Positions 10,011-24,266 of a DNA stretch of 64,000 bases are shown here, in pieces. Both the position numbers and the translations under genes were made by a program. Source of the stretch: Marsupella aquatica. Lineage: Eukaryota > Plantae > Marchantiophyta. The stretch covers positions 21,981,867-22,045,866 of the forward strand of contig OZ316894.1 of NCBI GenBank assembly GCA_973895155.1, written 5' to 3'. Below the pieces are notes generated by a model. It saw nothing but the letters and a program-made list of their open reading frames with translations, did no database searches and was not told where the DNA came from. Position 1 is the stretch's first letter, and each line of letters opens with the position of its first letter.

Positions 10011-13000
10011 TCAATCTCGTTCGATATTGGCAGATTGCGCTTGATGAACTCGATTTTGAATGTCGACGAGGTGAGAGTATCCGCCCCCCTTCGCAAGAAG
10101 CTCCGTGTGGGAACCCTCCTCAAGAATGGTGCCCTCTTGCACCACGGCAATTGTGTCGGCTCCTCGAACAGTTGAAAGACGGTGGGCGATCATGACCGTG
10201 GTTCTGCCCTTCAACAACCGGTCTAGCGCCTCCTGAACAATCTTCTCCGATTCAGCATCCAAGGCAGATGTTGCCTCGTCCAGGAGGAGGATGGCAGGGT
10301 CCTTCAGCACCGCGCGAGCAATGGCGACCCGTTGTTTCTGTCCACCAGAAAGTTGCACTCCTCTCTCCCCGGCTTGTGTCTTATACCCGTCCGGAAGAGA
10401 GCTTATGAACGTGTGAGCGTTGGCAGCTTTGGCTGCTTCTACGACTTCTGCCTCACTGGCTCCACCTCTCCCATAGAGAATATTCTCGTAGATTGTGGTG
10501 GCGAACAGTGCCGGTTCTTGAGATACGAGAGCAATGTGTCGACGGACTGATTTCAAATTATACTTTCTAATGTCCTTCCCGTCAATGAGGACCTGCCCGG
10601 AGCTGGGGTCGTAGAACCTTTCGATCAAAGCGATCGCTGAACTCTTCCCCGCCCCACTAGCTCCCACAAGCGCAAGGCTGCGCCCAGAAGGAACCTTCAG
10701 GTTCAGCTCTTTGAAGATGATGGCGCTTGGTCTAGAAGGGTAAGCAAATGTGACGCCCTTGAACTCAATAGCTCCGGCTACTCTTTCGACCTGCTCGCCG
10801 TTCGGATCTTCTGGTTCGATAGCCGTCTTTCGATCCAGCACCTCGAACACAGAGCCCACCGCTTGTCCTCCTTTGACGATATCAGGTGTGAGGGCTAAGG
10901 TCTCGGCCATAGAAATTGAAGTGACGAGCAAGATTAAGAAAACCTTGATCACATTCCCGAACTCCACACCGTCGTCAGCCATCACCTTTCCGGAATACCA
11001 GAGCCCCAATCCATACGAACCGAACAACAGACATTGAGACAGTCCCAATCCAAATCCGGCTACCTGTCCTGTCAAGAATCCTTTGGATGCGGGATACTTC
11101 AGCTCTTCTGCAAACAGTGCTTGCACCTTGTCTTCGGCATTGAATGCTGCGACCGTCCTGATGTTGGTCACTGCCTCTCCAGCAACTTGAGTAGCGCGTG
11201 CATATGCCTTGCTGCGGCCTCCAGAAAACCCCTTAAGAAATAATCTCTGCAACAATTCAATCCATCATTCAATGTCGCCTAGTTTGCACAGGAAATAGGA
11301 CGACTGCTCCAAAATCTCCCCAACCTCCACGTCCCCAATGTTCTTAGAATTAGGTCTATTCTAGGACAAAGACGAGAAAGCAGATTGTGCTCTCCCGTTT
11401 TGAAGTTGAGCTCTAGATACAAAATACTTGAGGAACAGATCCTTGAAAAATAATCATATATACAATCTACGAGAATCGGCATTCTCATTTTAAAGTAGGC
11501 ATGTAAGTAACATATCTCTGGACGAGCACAACAGAACGAAAAAGCAGACTTCAAGTTGAGTGCAAAACAGTGCAGGGAGACAGTGACGGAGCTAAACAAT
11601 ACCTTGGTGGACGACGCACACACGAGTAACGGAGTAACGGAGATCATAACTAGCGCCAATTTCCATTGAAGGACAAAAGCCATTGTCCATGCGACTATCA
11701 TAAGCGCAATGTTTTGCAAGATCACAGCAATCCTGTCTCCAATAGCTGCTCTCACATTGGTTGCGTCGGAAGTCAGACGGGCGAGTATCTGACCACTTGT
11801 GTTCTCGTCTCTGTCAAACCATCCTAACTCGTTGCAAAGAATTTCTGCCACAACGACACCACATTTTGCCGTTAATTTCAAGGTGAGATCGTGAAAAAAG
11901 TATGCACATTCCGAACAATGGGCAAGTGATAAGCGGCAAAGAATCCAAAGAATCTTTGCCAGGTATTCGGCGAAAAGAGTATACTGTGAAAAGTTGGATC
12001 CTCCAGTGATGTAAAGAAAGTCAGTAGAGATGGAGCTGTATGAAAGGTTCTAGCTATAGGCGAGTGAGATAAATACTTACTGTCAAACATTCTTACTCGC
12101 ACACGCTTGACAAGGTTTTCGCCCATGACTCCGAGAGTGTAATGCTGGAGGATGTAGATGAGGAGCGATGACAGACCAATACCGACCAAAATAGTTGCAT
12201 ACTTGGCAACGTCAGCCTTCATTTTCTCGTCGGTGCTGTAGTAAGCTTCGAGCACCTCACCTATAAGCAGGGCAAGCGCAGGGTTTTGGCAGCCGGCCAA
12301 TATGGATCCTATGATCCCTCCTATGCCATACTTCCATTCAGGCTGGCATATTGACATGAGCCGGGTGAACGACCCTTTGGAACTTTCGTTCTTTTCCTTC
12401 TCGATGATGTTATCTCCTGTTTGGCCCTTCTCCAGCGATTTCGTACATTCGCCACGCTTTATAGAAAAAGATCCTCTGAAGGATCCGCCCGCATTGAAAG
12501 ACCCTCCGAAAGACCAGCTCCGTTGTGATAACCTGCAGAGAGTAGATTCAAAGCTCTTGAATTTCCCAATTTCACGAGCTAGGTAAGTCCTCCACGTTAT
12601 TCTACTTAAGAGTTGAGAGTGTAGCTTGAAAGGATATATCTACTGTTTAGAAGTCGGTTCGAGCTGATGTGGCATAGATGAGAAAAATCATGGAAATGTT
12701 CAGGAGATGCCCAGAAATCAATGACCAAAGCTTTACCTTGCTGAGAGACCAAGTGAGTGGCCAGTTCTGAACGAGTTTCGATTCATGCTACCATCCTTGG
12801 CTGCAGCTAGTTCCTGCAGACGCACGAGAGTAGAATACTCCCCATCCGATCTGGAAATCAAATCCTGGTGAGTGCCCCTCTCAACGACTTGACCTTGCTG
12901 CACCACCGCAATGCTCTCAGCATTTCGAATGGTTGAAAGACGATGAGCCACCACCACGGTTGTCCTGCCCACCATTAGCCGATCCAAAGCTTCTTGCACG

Positions 13001-16000
13001 GTCTGTTCTGACCGTGTATCCAAGGCGCTGGTGGCCTCGTCCAGCAGCAGAACTGCAGGATTCCTCAACATGGCCCGAGCTATGGCTACTCGTTGCTTTT
13101 GTCCCCCTGAGAGCTGGATACCCCTCTCTCCAACCTGTCATGGCCACCCAAATTGCTGTCATCTAGAGACTCGATAATGCATCTTTCTGTAACGTTACAG
13201 GCTCAATCTTACTATCTTCAAACGCTACTCTATGGAAAAAGCCTGTTGAATTATCGTGAACAGCTTATTCTAATTTCGTTTCAATGACAGTTGGGTCTGA
13301 GTTGACTACTAATTCCCATTCCATCCAATCTTCCATCTGTCATTACTTCCAAGAATCCTTCAAGCATCAGTGCGAGACCACTCCCTGCAGTATGGAATGC
13401 GAATTCAATTTTAGGGCACAGGACAAACCTGAGTTTGATAGCCAAAAGGAAGTTTCTCTATGAACGAATGTGCATTGGCAGCTATCGCAGCTTCTTCAAT
13501 CTCTTTCTGGGTAGCAGTATCCTTCCCATACAAAATGTTTGCTGCAATAGTCGTCGCGAAAAGTGCTGGTTCCTGATTTACAAGTCCAATTCGCCCTCGC
13601 AGCCACTTCAGGTCTAGCTTTTTAATGTCATGTCCATCTAGCAAAACCTGGCCTACAAGTAAATTTCAGTCAGAGGTCTCCCTTAGAGTAAGTCTCAGGC
13701 AGAAGGCACCAAAATCCAACATACTGTGATTGAAATTCATCAGACCCTGACAAACATCTCCAACCCAAATACGCATAGGTAGGAATTTACAAACAAATAG
13801 TGGGATTCACTGTTACCTGCAATTGGATCATAGAAACGTTCAATGAGGGACACAACAGTACTCTTTCCAGAACCGCTGCTTCCAACAATGGCGACTGTCC
13901 TTCCTGCGGGGATGACCAAGCTCAAGTTTTTGAACACAAACACATCTGGTCTTGCGGGATATGCGAAGTCCACATTCCGGAGCTCAATATGACCCTCAAC
14001 CTTCTCCAGCGTTTCAGAGTTTTCATTGACCACGTTGATTTTTGAATCATGATCGATCATTTGAAATATCTTGTACGCTGCCGCTTTTCCTTTAGCCAAG
14101 GCAGTGAGATTCGGCAATGCTTGCCCCAAAGCGCTGCATTGACAGTCAAGAGAGTTACAGGGGCCGGAATTCCTTCCTTCTGCGCTAAATGATGTGATCC
14201 TTAAATGAGAACTCTGTACTCGTTCTCGGACTGAAATTAGAAAGTCTCTCGTGACACAGAACAAGTAGTCCTGCTAAATTCAATTTCAAAGCATCGATCA
14301 ACAAGACAATGGATGTTCACTTACTGTCCTGCGAAGACCACAGCGAAGACACTCGTCACCGCTTCACCACCTTTAACAACGCCTTCGCGAACAAGAACAC
14401 CTCCGTACCAGAGGAGGAGTGCAAAACAAGGGTACAGAACTGAATAAGTGCAACCCATTCCGATTCCCTTGGCGAGACCAGCTCTGGCCCCCAACTTCAC
14501 TGTCTTCTCTAGAGATGTAGAATAAGCCTTGATGAATTTCGTTTCGCTCGCAAACGAATAAACCGTCCGCACCTGAGCAATTGCCTGCATTGACAACGAA
14601 ATGAACCATGCCACTTGGAAATGATGATGAAATACAACACAATGTTTGTGACAATGCATTCTAAGAATGTCGCTGACTCTCAGTGGCAGGCTTTGAACTT
14701 TAGAGCAAAAATGACATGGTGGAATCAATCGATGCCTCGACAAGCTATCATGCAAGAAATGTGGCCAAATGTAGCAAAATGTGGCTGGTTGTAGCGTATA
14801 CGAGATTGAGGGCAGTAATTCACTGTCAAACAAGGGCTTCTACTGTGGCAAGTACAGTGAAACGCATACTTGTTCAGCGATTGTTCCCGCTTCGGCGTAC
14901 GCTGTTGCGGCGCTAGCAGTGGTACGGGCCAACGTGTAAGCGTACCCCACCCCAGTCATTGCAAGCAGAGGTACCACGGCAACTGTCACTAGAGCAATGC
15001 GCCATTGTCGGCTGAATCCGACCACAAACCCCGAGAAAAAGTAGCCCATGAAGTGAATGAAATTGCCCAGCTGCATGGAAATCAACACAACCGAAACAAC
15101 AACAGCATGATAGTCGGCTCACCCCGATGAACATTATGACAGCAGCTGCCTTTCACAAACAAAATGATGAACCTCTAGTCCCACAGTTGCAATTGCACGA
15201 CCGTACAGGATGGAAATTCGAGCGGGAAAGTTTCACATGCTAGCGACTGTACCTTTTCGCTGATGGCATCCTGTACGATGAGAGGATCGGCCGCAATGCT
15301 GGACACAAAATCTCCCGTCTTGGTGTCGGTATCAAAGTACGCCACATCTTGTCGAAGCAGAGCTTCGAGGTACTTGGTCCTCATTTTCGCCGACTGCCTT
15401 TCTCCAGTGAGCATCCAAAATGATACCTCTACACGGACGGGAAGCCAGGTTCAACCGAAAGGCAAGGGCAAAGGGGGGACTCTCGTGCACGTCATTGTGT
15501 AAAGGCTCATCTCTCTTACAACAAGTACATTGCGCAAACCTTTGGACAGAGAAAAAGAGAAGGGCAGAAACGATGTAAGTGGAATCTGAATGAGAGTTCG
15601 ATAGAGATCGCACCGATCCATGCGGAGCCAAGAGTTGCAAGCCCCAGGTACAGAAAGTAGAGTGAGTACTGCACGCACGCAGGAATGGTTAGCGATCGTT
15701 ATATTGCCCACTGTAGCAATCTTGAATATTATACATGAAATTAACACTGAGCTGAGCTAGGCTGTAGCCAACTCGAATATATATATATCAAACGATGACT
15801 TGTAGAACTGAGCTGAGCTGATTTTTCACGTAGCACAGCCGTCCACTGTGCTACTGTACTTGGAGCTAAATGATACAAACAGCGATTGGCAATAGCCTTG
15901 GACCATGAACGAACTAATAATCGAGCTGAGCTGATTTTGCACTTAGCACAGCCGTCCACTGTTCCTGGGCCACTGTACTCGGAGCTAAATGATACAAACA

Positions 16001-16637
16001 GCGATTGGCAACAGCCTTGCACCACGAACGATCTAACAATGGCCATTTGTAGTAACAATGGATGAGCTGATTGAAGTCATCATGTGGGTGACAGTCAGCT
16101 CCCGAGAGAGCCGAAGACTTGTATAGTTAGTCAGCTTTCCGAAAGGAGGAAGGCATGCAAGCGACTCATGAAGAAGTACTGTACCTTATCGACAGTATTG
16201 GTTGAGGACCCGATGTTTCCTGCATTCTCCTCTCCAAGCCCATTCAACAGCTTTCCAAAAAAGAGAATGAAGACTGGAATCGCTGAACCGTGCGCAGCGG
16301 CGCCGAGGGTCCCGCAGAACATGAGAAAGTAATCGAACTTGTCCGCAAACGAGAACAACCTAATGAAAGGAATCGACCCCTTGTCACCAGCTTCCTCTTC
16401 GCGCGACTTGACAGCGGCAGCTGAACCAGTTCCGTCGACTCCCTTTTCTGAACCCATCTCTTTCTTCACCATGTTGTGATCATCAACTTTTCCACAACGG
16501 TCGTTGAGATGAGGCCCTTCCCCATTCCACCCATTCTCCGCTGCGTTTGTACTCCCATTCACTCGGACGAAGCCGCCGCCGCCGCCGCTGTCCCCATTGC
16601 TCTTCCTGTTCTTGCGGTCGCCATGCAGCAAAGCCAT
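10011..16637 (-). CDS. ABCB: Full-size ABC transporter subfamily B (MDR/P-glycoprotein), 11 exons, ~1337 aa
   Basis: Exons, all GT-AG and phase-consistent (4014 nt total): 16637-16185, 15668-15614, 15428-15253, 15070-14870, 14584-14325, 14133-13817, 13652-13429, 13134-12737, 12532-12081, 11844-11603, 11246-10011. Architecture is TMD-NBD-TMD-NBD with Walker [10 protein letters not shown] and GASGAGKSS, two LSGGQKQR signatures and two [11 protein letters not shown] motifs. Confidence 0.97.
15808..16040. repeat. Tandem duplication of a ~115-bp unit in ABCB intron 1
   Basis: gagctgagctgatttt...agcacagccgtccactgt...ggagctaaatgatacaaacagcgattggcaa occurs twice in tandem. Confidence 0.8.
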
Positions 16638-19600
16638 CGCTGACGAGAACAGTGCTCGTTCAGTCACGAGTTCTAAGAAACGATTTCACGGTACTTCAAT
16701 GTCGTTACATCACGAGTCTGGAACCGTCCGCCACATTACGAAGACGAGTATGTCGAAGAATTCCTTCGTGCATAGGGCTTCTGATCATCGATGACCAGTG
16801 CGCGTCCGCCAATGTCCCAAACTATAGCAGCCATCGACATAGTTACGCCAAAAGCTCAAGGCATCATTGGTGACAAGAGCTCGAGTCTTTCAGGACATCA
16901 CAGATTTCTAAAGCTGAGGCAGCATTTGTGAAGACTGAGTTGTTGTTGTTGTTGCCGTGACGAAGTGTCGAATGACTGATGCTGTGTTGTTGCTACATTA
17001 CTGTGCGTGGAAGTCACAACGATTCTCTCGTGCGATCGTCGTGATTCACGGTACATGAGTTTCGACCAATGTTGTGACTTGCGAAGGAAATCGAGCAGAA
17101 GCTTTAAATGGGAAATTAAAGCTAACGTGTCAGAAGCAGGTTAAATTAATAATTTAATGAAGGGTATGGGACTGGGCGACAGCCCATTGGTTTTCCTGAG
17201 GGGTGGTGAGCTCATGAAACCTATCCTCTTGGACAGGCAGGCCACTACTCAAACCAGAGTTTTGTTCTCAGCTAATCACACATCAAAATGTGATAATATA
17301 CAATGTGCATTCATTGATTTAAAAAATAATAATGAGGTTTATCATGGGTGGGAGGGATGTCATACGCCGTATATGTTAGACTTCCATCGTGAGGTTGTAT
17401 TTGCTTTGATTCACTCCGAAACCTCAGAGAGGATCCTATGATGTGCGACGTTTTTGAAGAATAAACGCACTAAAACATAAATAAAGGAAGTGCTCTCAAG
17501 CATAATAGGAACTGGTGAGCAAACTACTCACCCCCAAATGTTTCCTATTGCTCACCTGGCAGGCCTGCTGGAGGCTATTATCTACATTGTTAAACAAGGT
17601 TAACACTAGCCTCCATTTGGTCAACAACTATCAATGAGACATCAATGGTAGCAGGGCTCAGTGCAGGAGATACCAACGAGGTACTATGTCCAGGTCTGCA
17701 GTTTAGGATCCAACACTTAAAAAATATATTTTAGTCTAGTAGGGGTCTACAGTTCTTGGAGAAACAATACTCTCTTCACTCCTTGCCCAAAAAGCACCTC
17801 CGGACCAGGCCCTTGGAGGACAATTGTCTAGCCACATAATCTAGTCGACAATAATTTGTTTGATATACCCTGTAAAAGAATCAACTACAGTATATAGTCC
17901 ACAATGTGGCCTTCCACTGAGAAGTTAGACGAGGCCACATTGCAAATGCAATACCTGAAAATAAACTAACTCTCAATCACACTTGTCATTATGTCAATGT
18001 TACATGTGTAAACCCAAACCTATGCACATACTCTATTTGTGGCTAGTAGATAGTTTTTGACAATCACTACTACGCTTTTGTTTCCCTTAATTAGAACATC
18101 TCTATCTGTCTAGGGGCAAATACCTGCTAAACCCAAAATTTAGAAAAACATTTGGAGGCCTGGAAATTACCTACACCCCCATCTTTTGGATTCGGTCACT
18201 AGAGCCCCTGCTCGTGCCCCCTCCCCCTTCTCTGACCTCATCTCCAAAGTGAAGTGATGGCAAACTTTCCCAGTCAGGTCCAAACTTAAGTTTCAAGCAT
18301 GTCTACCATATTGTCATCTTGTGACATGTGGTGGAATCTTTGACTTAGATTGGAATACAGACAAGGATATAGGTACTCTCTCCACGTTACATTCCTAGTA
18401 CCAAATATGGCAGCCAGGGTTGTAAAAGAAGGGGCTCGTTTCCATTTATTTGGTTAGAAATTATAGGGGTCACAATTGGAAAGCCAGCCTTCCAAAACCA
18501 GCTTCTATATGCTCCTCTTACTAGCAGTTGCAAGCTCATTTGACCCCATTGTTGAAGATTCTTTTAGAGGTTAGGCTGCAATGACCCCATGGAGCCAGAT
18601 GGTCTCACAACTGGCCAACCACTTGAATCAATGGAGAAAAACTCCTTACGCATGTCAAGAAGGGGACCCACCTGACCTAGCCTATAAGGACCAAATATTT
18701 GAAATGGTCACAATGGGTTACCAAAACATCAAAGTTTGTACTCGCAATCAAAGCCTCAAAAATGAGGATAAGGATTGTCTCGCTGGGATTCAAACCTCGG
18801 ACCTCCTACTAGTTCAAAGTTGGACTAAAATGCCTTAGACTTTGTACTTATTTGAGAGAAAAATTAGTTACTCATTAAGAACTCACCCTCACCCTTTTCT
18901 CATCCGCCCTCAGTTGAGTTTGTGGCAGGCTTTGGGTTCCCACTAACGAGTTCAACTGAAGTGTGCACTGTCTATTGAGAGTTGTGAATTGGCGCCACAT
19001 CATCATGGCACGCTGCAAACAGGAAGAGATCTGTTTTTGGATAAAATTAACTTCTGTATTCGTGCTTGTGGCAACTTTTTTATGGCTTCAAGCAATCATC
19101 CACAACTATGAAGCTATGGTATAGAAGCTTCACTTTAGACAGTAGCCCTTGAAAGTAGCTTTGCACTGGGCTTTATTAGTAAGATTTATGTATGACATTA
19201 ATAATTGTTTTTTAATCATTTTTTTCATTAGTATTTAAAGGATGGGAATAGGGAATATATTTTGTTAAATTTTATTGTACTCTCCTCATGTTCAAAGAAC
19301 GCATAGTCGGGGCTATTACATAGAATGCGACTTTGGAAGCTACTCAGTCGAGAGTTTTGAAAGGGAGCTTCTCCCCTCAGCATATTGTATCCACCAACAG
19401 TGTCAGCAGTAGCAATATCTGCCCTAAGTGGGCTCAGCCTAGGCTAAGGGCCGAGCTCCAAAAAAGAAGAAGAAAAAAAAAGGGCCGAGCTCCAAGGGCC
19501 AGGCCCAGGGTAGGGATTACAATCACTCCCTTTGACACCCCTTGGGCCCAAACGGGGGCCCAAATACACTTTCTCCATCATGGTGTCTCTTTGGTTTAGT

Positions 19601-20838
19601 GTAACATTTGTTTGCACTCACATGTTCCACATACTTGCTGCATAGTTTCTCCGTTTTATTTCTTACTCAAACACGCACCCCAAAAGATAAGAAAAAGATA
19701 TGATCAAAATTGGATTTAATAACCCCTAATTCCACAAAATATTGTGAGCCTCCTACCAAATCCAAGAAAGAAACACTAGTATACTTAGTTGCATGATAAT
19801 TAGGAAGAAAACAAGTGAGGACCTTGTCTTGAGCTGATGCATCAGAGACCAAACCAAGCTAATGAAGTGACTCCCAATAAAGCTAGCCCAAAAGATGCAC
19901 AGACTCCCAAATGTACAATTTAATGGTTGACCCTCTTTGGGTGTTTATTAACAAAGGCCATCGCAAAAGACTTAATGTAAATGCTACAAAGGACCATCAC
20001 AAGTTACTAGGAGATAACAGTGTACGTAATGTGCCAAAGACATTTCATGATCAAGCTGAAGCTCAGGAGTTTCACTTTGGCCAACTTGGCACATCACATG
20101 CAACAAAACATAGCCTTGTTACGGGTCTAGTTAGAGACTATTGTAATTGTGAAAATTCTGTGAAAAATCCACATCATCCCATAAATTCTAAACCATTGGA
20201 TCTGTCTAATTGAACCATCTAGATTCTTTTCATGTGTGAGCACTTGTATGAACACTCATGTGGGACAAAAGTGAATACTTGATTCTCAGCCATTGGATGT
20301 TTCTAATTGGAGCATCTAGATTTCTTGTTTGTGGGAACATTTGTATATTCCTTGCATGTGGGGACACTTGTATGCAGAATCATGTGGGACAAAAATGAGA
20401 ACCCCTATCAGATTGTATTAGAATATTAGATAATGTCCATGCAATCATATCATACCAAAACATAGATGCATGTCCCCCATTTTTCTTAACCATGTCATAA
20501 TGGAATGAGGGTACAAAATAAGGAAAAAAAGAGAGTCAATCCTAGCCCTTTATCAAAAATGGATTTTTTAGGTACCATCAGATCCACCTAGACTCTCCTC
20601 ACACCCCAAATGTCTGTCAGAATGCCTGCTCGCATCTGCCCAAAACGAAAATTAAAATAAATTTTGGAAATTTTGGAAAAATCTGAATATCTAGACTATT
20701 TCCAAAATAAAATAAATCAAAAAACACTCCCTCATATTGTGTGACCATACATGGACACCCGCCGCACGTGCCCATGCATAAACCTTTTCTCTCCCCAATA
20801 ACAACACTTTCACAACAATGATCTCGAGGGCCTTACGC

Positions 20839-21089
20839 CCAGGGGGTCTCATATCACACACAAAATTTTGGGGCAATAACACATTAAACATAAGTAAAAT
20901 TTTTAATCACTGATTTTTTAACCACTAATTCCTTTGACTTTTCAGAATCTTCTTATAATTTTCAGAAATTGATTAAAACAGCCCTAGTGTTCGTCCACAA
21001 AAAATTATTAGTCTTTCACAAAATCCAATAAAAACCCTTTTACTTATTCATGCATTATGGGTCGGAAGAAAATAAGTGAGGACCCGCGG
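20839..21089 (+). mobile_element. Degenerate copy of the MITE family seen at 25075-25353
   Basis: Ends are ccagggggtctcata / agtgaggacccgcgg, and the interior is similar (gattaaaacagccctagtgttc...ccaataaaaaccct). No TSD is recognisable. Confidence 0.45.
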
Positions 21090-22199
21090 ACAACAACAAC
21101 AATGATCAAACTGATAACAATTTTATAACACTAACAACCCAACCAAAATGAAGAGACTTTTGCACTATCATGGTTGTTTTCCAAATTTTGACTTTTTTCA
21201 TGTCAACAAAAGACTATGAAGCAAAACATGGAAGGGGTCAAAGAGACTGGAAAAAAAAGAGGGGGGGATGATCAAGGAGAAAGTGGGAGGCACATGGATG
21301 GGAAGGCACGACCTTCAAAGCTCAATGGATGAGAAAAGGGGAATGCAATGATAATTTTTATGCAACACATTCTTTTACATCCCTATATCTTTTATTTCAC
21401 TGTAACATCTGTTGCATAACAACATACTTTCTGCAATGATATATTTTGTACATCTTTTGCACAAGGACATCTTTTATGCATTATCATCTTTTATGTAATG
21501 TCATCTTTTATGTAATGTTATTTTTTGGGTAATGACATTTTTTACACTAGAACATCTTCAATTTGCATATAACAATATCTCTGGTGTAATGCACAAGTAT
21601 TGAGCTAGTTTTGCATTACAACCAATCACCCAAAATTTCAAATATGTCTTGTAGAGCCCTTAATTGCTGATGATAGGAATTATATAACATTACCAAAACT
21701 AAACCTCAACTAATATTTTACCCTGAAGTCCTTGCAACACTCAATGGTTCCACCATTGGATCATTCCAAACTAGCCAGAGTTACTTTGGTTAATCAAGAG
21801 TGCAAATAGTGGGATTATAATGACTTAACATAAAATAGTGACAAAGCATCCAATTCCATTCTTTTTGGTGCCCCTGAAGCCTGTAGTTGATCTAAGGATG
21901 CACTACACAACAAGGGCACATGAGAACCTTCAAATCAGGTTGGACTTATCTAGAGTATTTGTAGTAGTGTTACATGTTTGGGACAGGCTTCTTCTTGGGC
22001 TTCTTGAGGGATGAGGGTATGAAAAAATTCAAATGATGTGTTAGTTGGCTTTAAGTTACAACTTGTTGGATGTCCTTGTGTGCAACTCTTCAGAACTTTT
22101 CTTAGGAGGACTCTAAGTGGATTGTAGGAGTGTGATTCCCCACCAATCAAGCAAAACTTGCTTATGCACTGAAGCTGACTAAGCCAACTTCATCATTTA

Positions 22200-23500
22200 G
22201 ATCATTTTTGTGCTTTTTAAATTCATTTCTATTGCAATGGATAGAAATAACTCCAAGTTTATCACTTACAGAATAGACATGGTGGTCTATTTTAATAAAA
22301 TCTTAGTAAGTACCAATGAAGGTAAAAGTTAAGAATAAGGCAAACGCAAAGCTAGTCAATGATTAGTTTTCCACAGAACACACATATTGTGACACAAATG
22401 CCTTCTAAGCAAATTTACCTAAGCCGACCTTAAGCCAAGTTGACACAGGCAGATCAGACCTGAGCTGACCTCAACTGAGCCAATCTGACCAGAAAAAACC
22501 TTGTCTGAGCCAAGTTGACCTTTGCCAACCTAATCTATCTAAGCTAACTTCAAAATTCTTACCAATTAACATTGTGCATTTTTTAATTTCATTTCTATTG
22601 GATAAAAAAGGTGTGAGTTTACTACCTAATAGTATAGACATATCCGTATACTCTGGTAAAAGCTGAGTACCATTGGAACTTGAAGTTGAGACATCAAAAT
22701 GTACATTCAAAGATATATAAAATAGACAAAGCGGGAGACAAAGATAGCCAATGATTAGTTTGCCACACTATACACAACTCTCTTCTTAGGTGATTTACCT
22801 AAGATGATTTCACTTAAGCTGCTTTACCTAAGGTGACCTTTGTATGATCAAAATGGACAGCATAACGTCTCATAATCATCAATCATTTAACACCCAAGTA
22901 CACCGACACAAAGATACGTGGTTCACCCCATCAGGGCTACATCCACGGCCGCACCAAGAGCTTCACTATGAACATAAAAAGTACATATCACCATAGCTCC
23001 ATGGTCCAAGCTCTCTCTCTCACACACAGTTCTCAACTAAGTGTTCTCTCTCCATGGGACACCAAGAGGGTTATCCCTTCATGAAGAGTCTAGTCAACTA
23101 ATGTTAACTCCGGTTAACTTACTCTAGTTAACCTAGCCAAGGTTGAGTCGAAAACCTAACAACCTTAAGTTGACTTGACCTAAGCAGATCTGACCCCAGC
23201 CGACCTTACCTAAGCCAAATTGACATTTTCTGATGTTATATATGCTGAATTCAAAACTTAGAGCAGGGTCCAACATTTTTTACTTTCATTTGTAAAAGTT
23301 GAAAGTTTTAGAGCTCATAGAATAGACATGGTGACCATATACTGTGGCAAAATCTTAGTACCAATGGAGCATAGGGTCAAGAATAAAAAATAGGCAAAGA
23401 TAGCCCATATTTGTCTGATTAGTATGCCACATAAGACATAATTAAATGCCTTCTAAGCTAATTTGACCCAGGCAGATCTGACCTAGGAGGACCTAAAGAA
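22200..23500. repeat. Three degenerate tandem copies of a ~360-bp unit, the second interrupted by a solo LTR
   Basis: The blocks aatagacat, agtacca.tg, tgattagt.t.ccaca and ttctaagc..attt recur from ~22270, ~22630 and ~23320. Confidence 0.65.
22841..23161. mobile_element. Solo LTR (321 bp) with 5-bp TSD
   Basis: TGT...ACA termini. TSD acctt at 22836-22840 and 23162-23166. Contains the motif gatacgtggttcacccc...ggctacatccac. Confidence 0.9.
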
Positions 23501-23736
23501 AAACAGTATTCATTATGGGAGTGCTTGCTCTCTTGTTTATTTGGGGTTGAGTGGTCCTCACCCTCTTTCCCCCTTTATTCCTCAAAAAAAAAGAAAAACA
23601 ATTCAATCAATCTACAAATCAATGTGGCATGGAAGAACTAGAAATAAATTAAACCTCATAACTCTTTCCATGATAGGTGAAGGGTTGTGAAATGAATGTC
23701 TTTTCGCATATGAATGGACATCCTTATTGCTAGTTG

Positions 23737-24106
23737 TGTTGAGATACATGTGTTGAGGAACCAGGGTACAACGCACAATCTATCTTGACTTAAAGAAGTT
23801 TGGTTCACCCTGTTTAGGGTGCATCCTTGACCAAAAGGAAAATTTGACTAAATATATTAACACGTACCATACATTGGCCATAGCTTGACAAATCACATGC
23901 TGAGCTCCATGACACTATACTATTCTCTCTCTCCACTCTCCAACTCTTCACCATTGATATCTAGTGTGGGCACAATGAAGTGTTCCTCCAAGGTATAGGC
24001 CCTCTCCACTAGTCTAACCTTAGCAGCACTAATTCATGGTAAAGTACATTGTGTTAGGAGAGTTAACCTATTTAACCACTTGCTTGCATTGAGTTAAGTA
24101 TCAACA
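23737..24106. mobile_element. Solo LTR (370 bp) with 5-bp TSD
   Basis: Inverted termini TGTTGA...TCAACA. TSD agttg at 23732-23736 and 24107-24111. Contains a related tggttcaccc...gggtgcatcc motif. Confidence 0.9.
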
Positions 24107-24266
24107 AGTTGTTAACCCTTGCTACTCTCAACAATGTTGTTATGGATGGGGCACTTGTAAACGAACCCTACATCCTAATTCTCCCTCCCCCACCTTCCCT
24201 TATCACATCAAACAACTTTCCTTTTGGTAGAGTCCAATTGAGAGAAAAGTGGTTGGAAATTTAAAG

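Noticed and set aside
18770-18840. B-box-like tRNA/SINE fragment (minus strand), with a similar fragment at ~28110-28160
   Set aside because: Only a partial T-arm-like motif is present, with no A box, cloverleaf or TSD.
19911-20213. ORF with KTFHDQAEAQEF, reminiscent of the RNase H1 N-terminal domain
   Set aside because: The similarity is limited to a few residues, and the conserved aromatic and Gly positions are missing.
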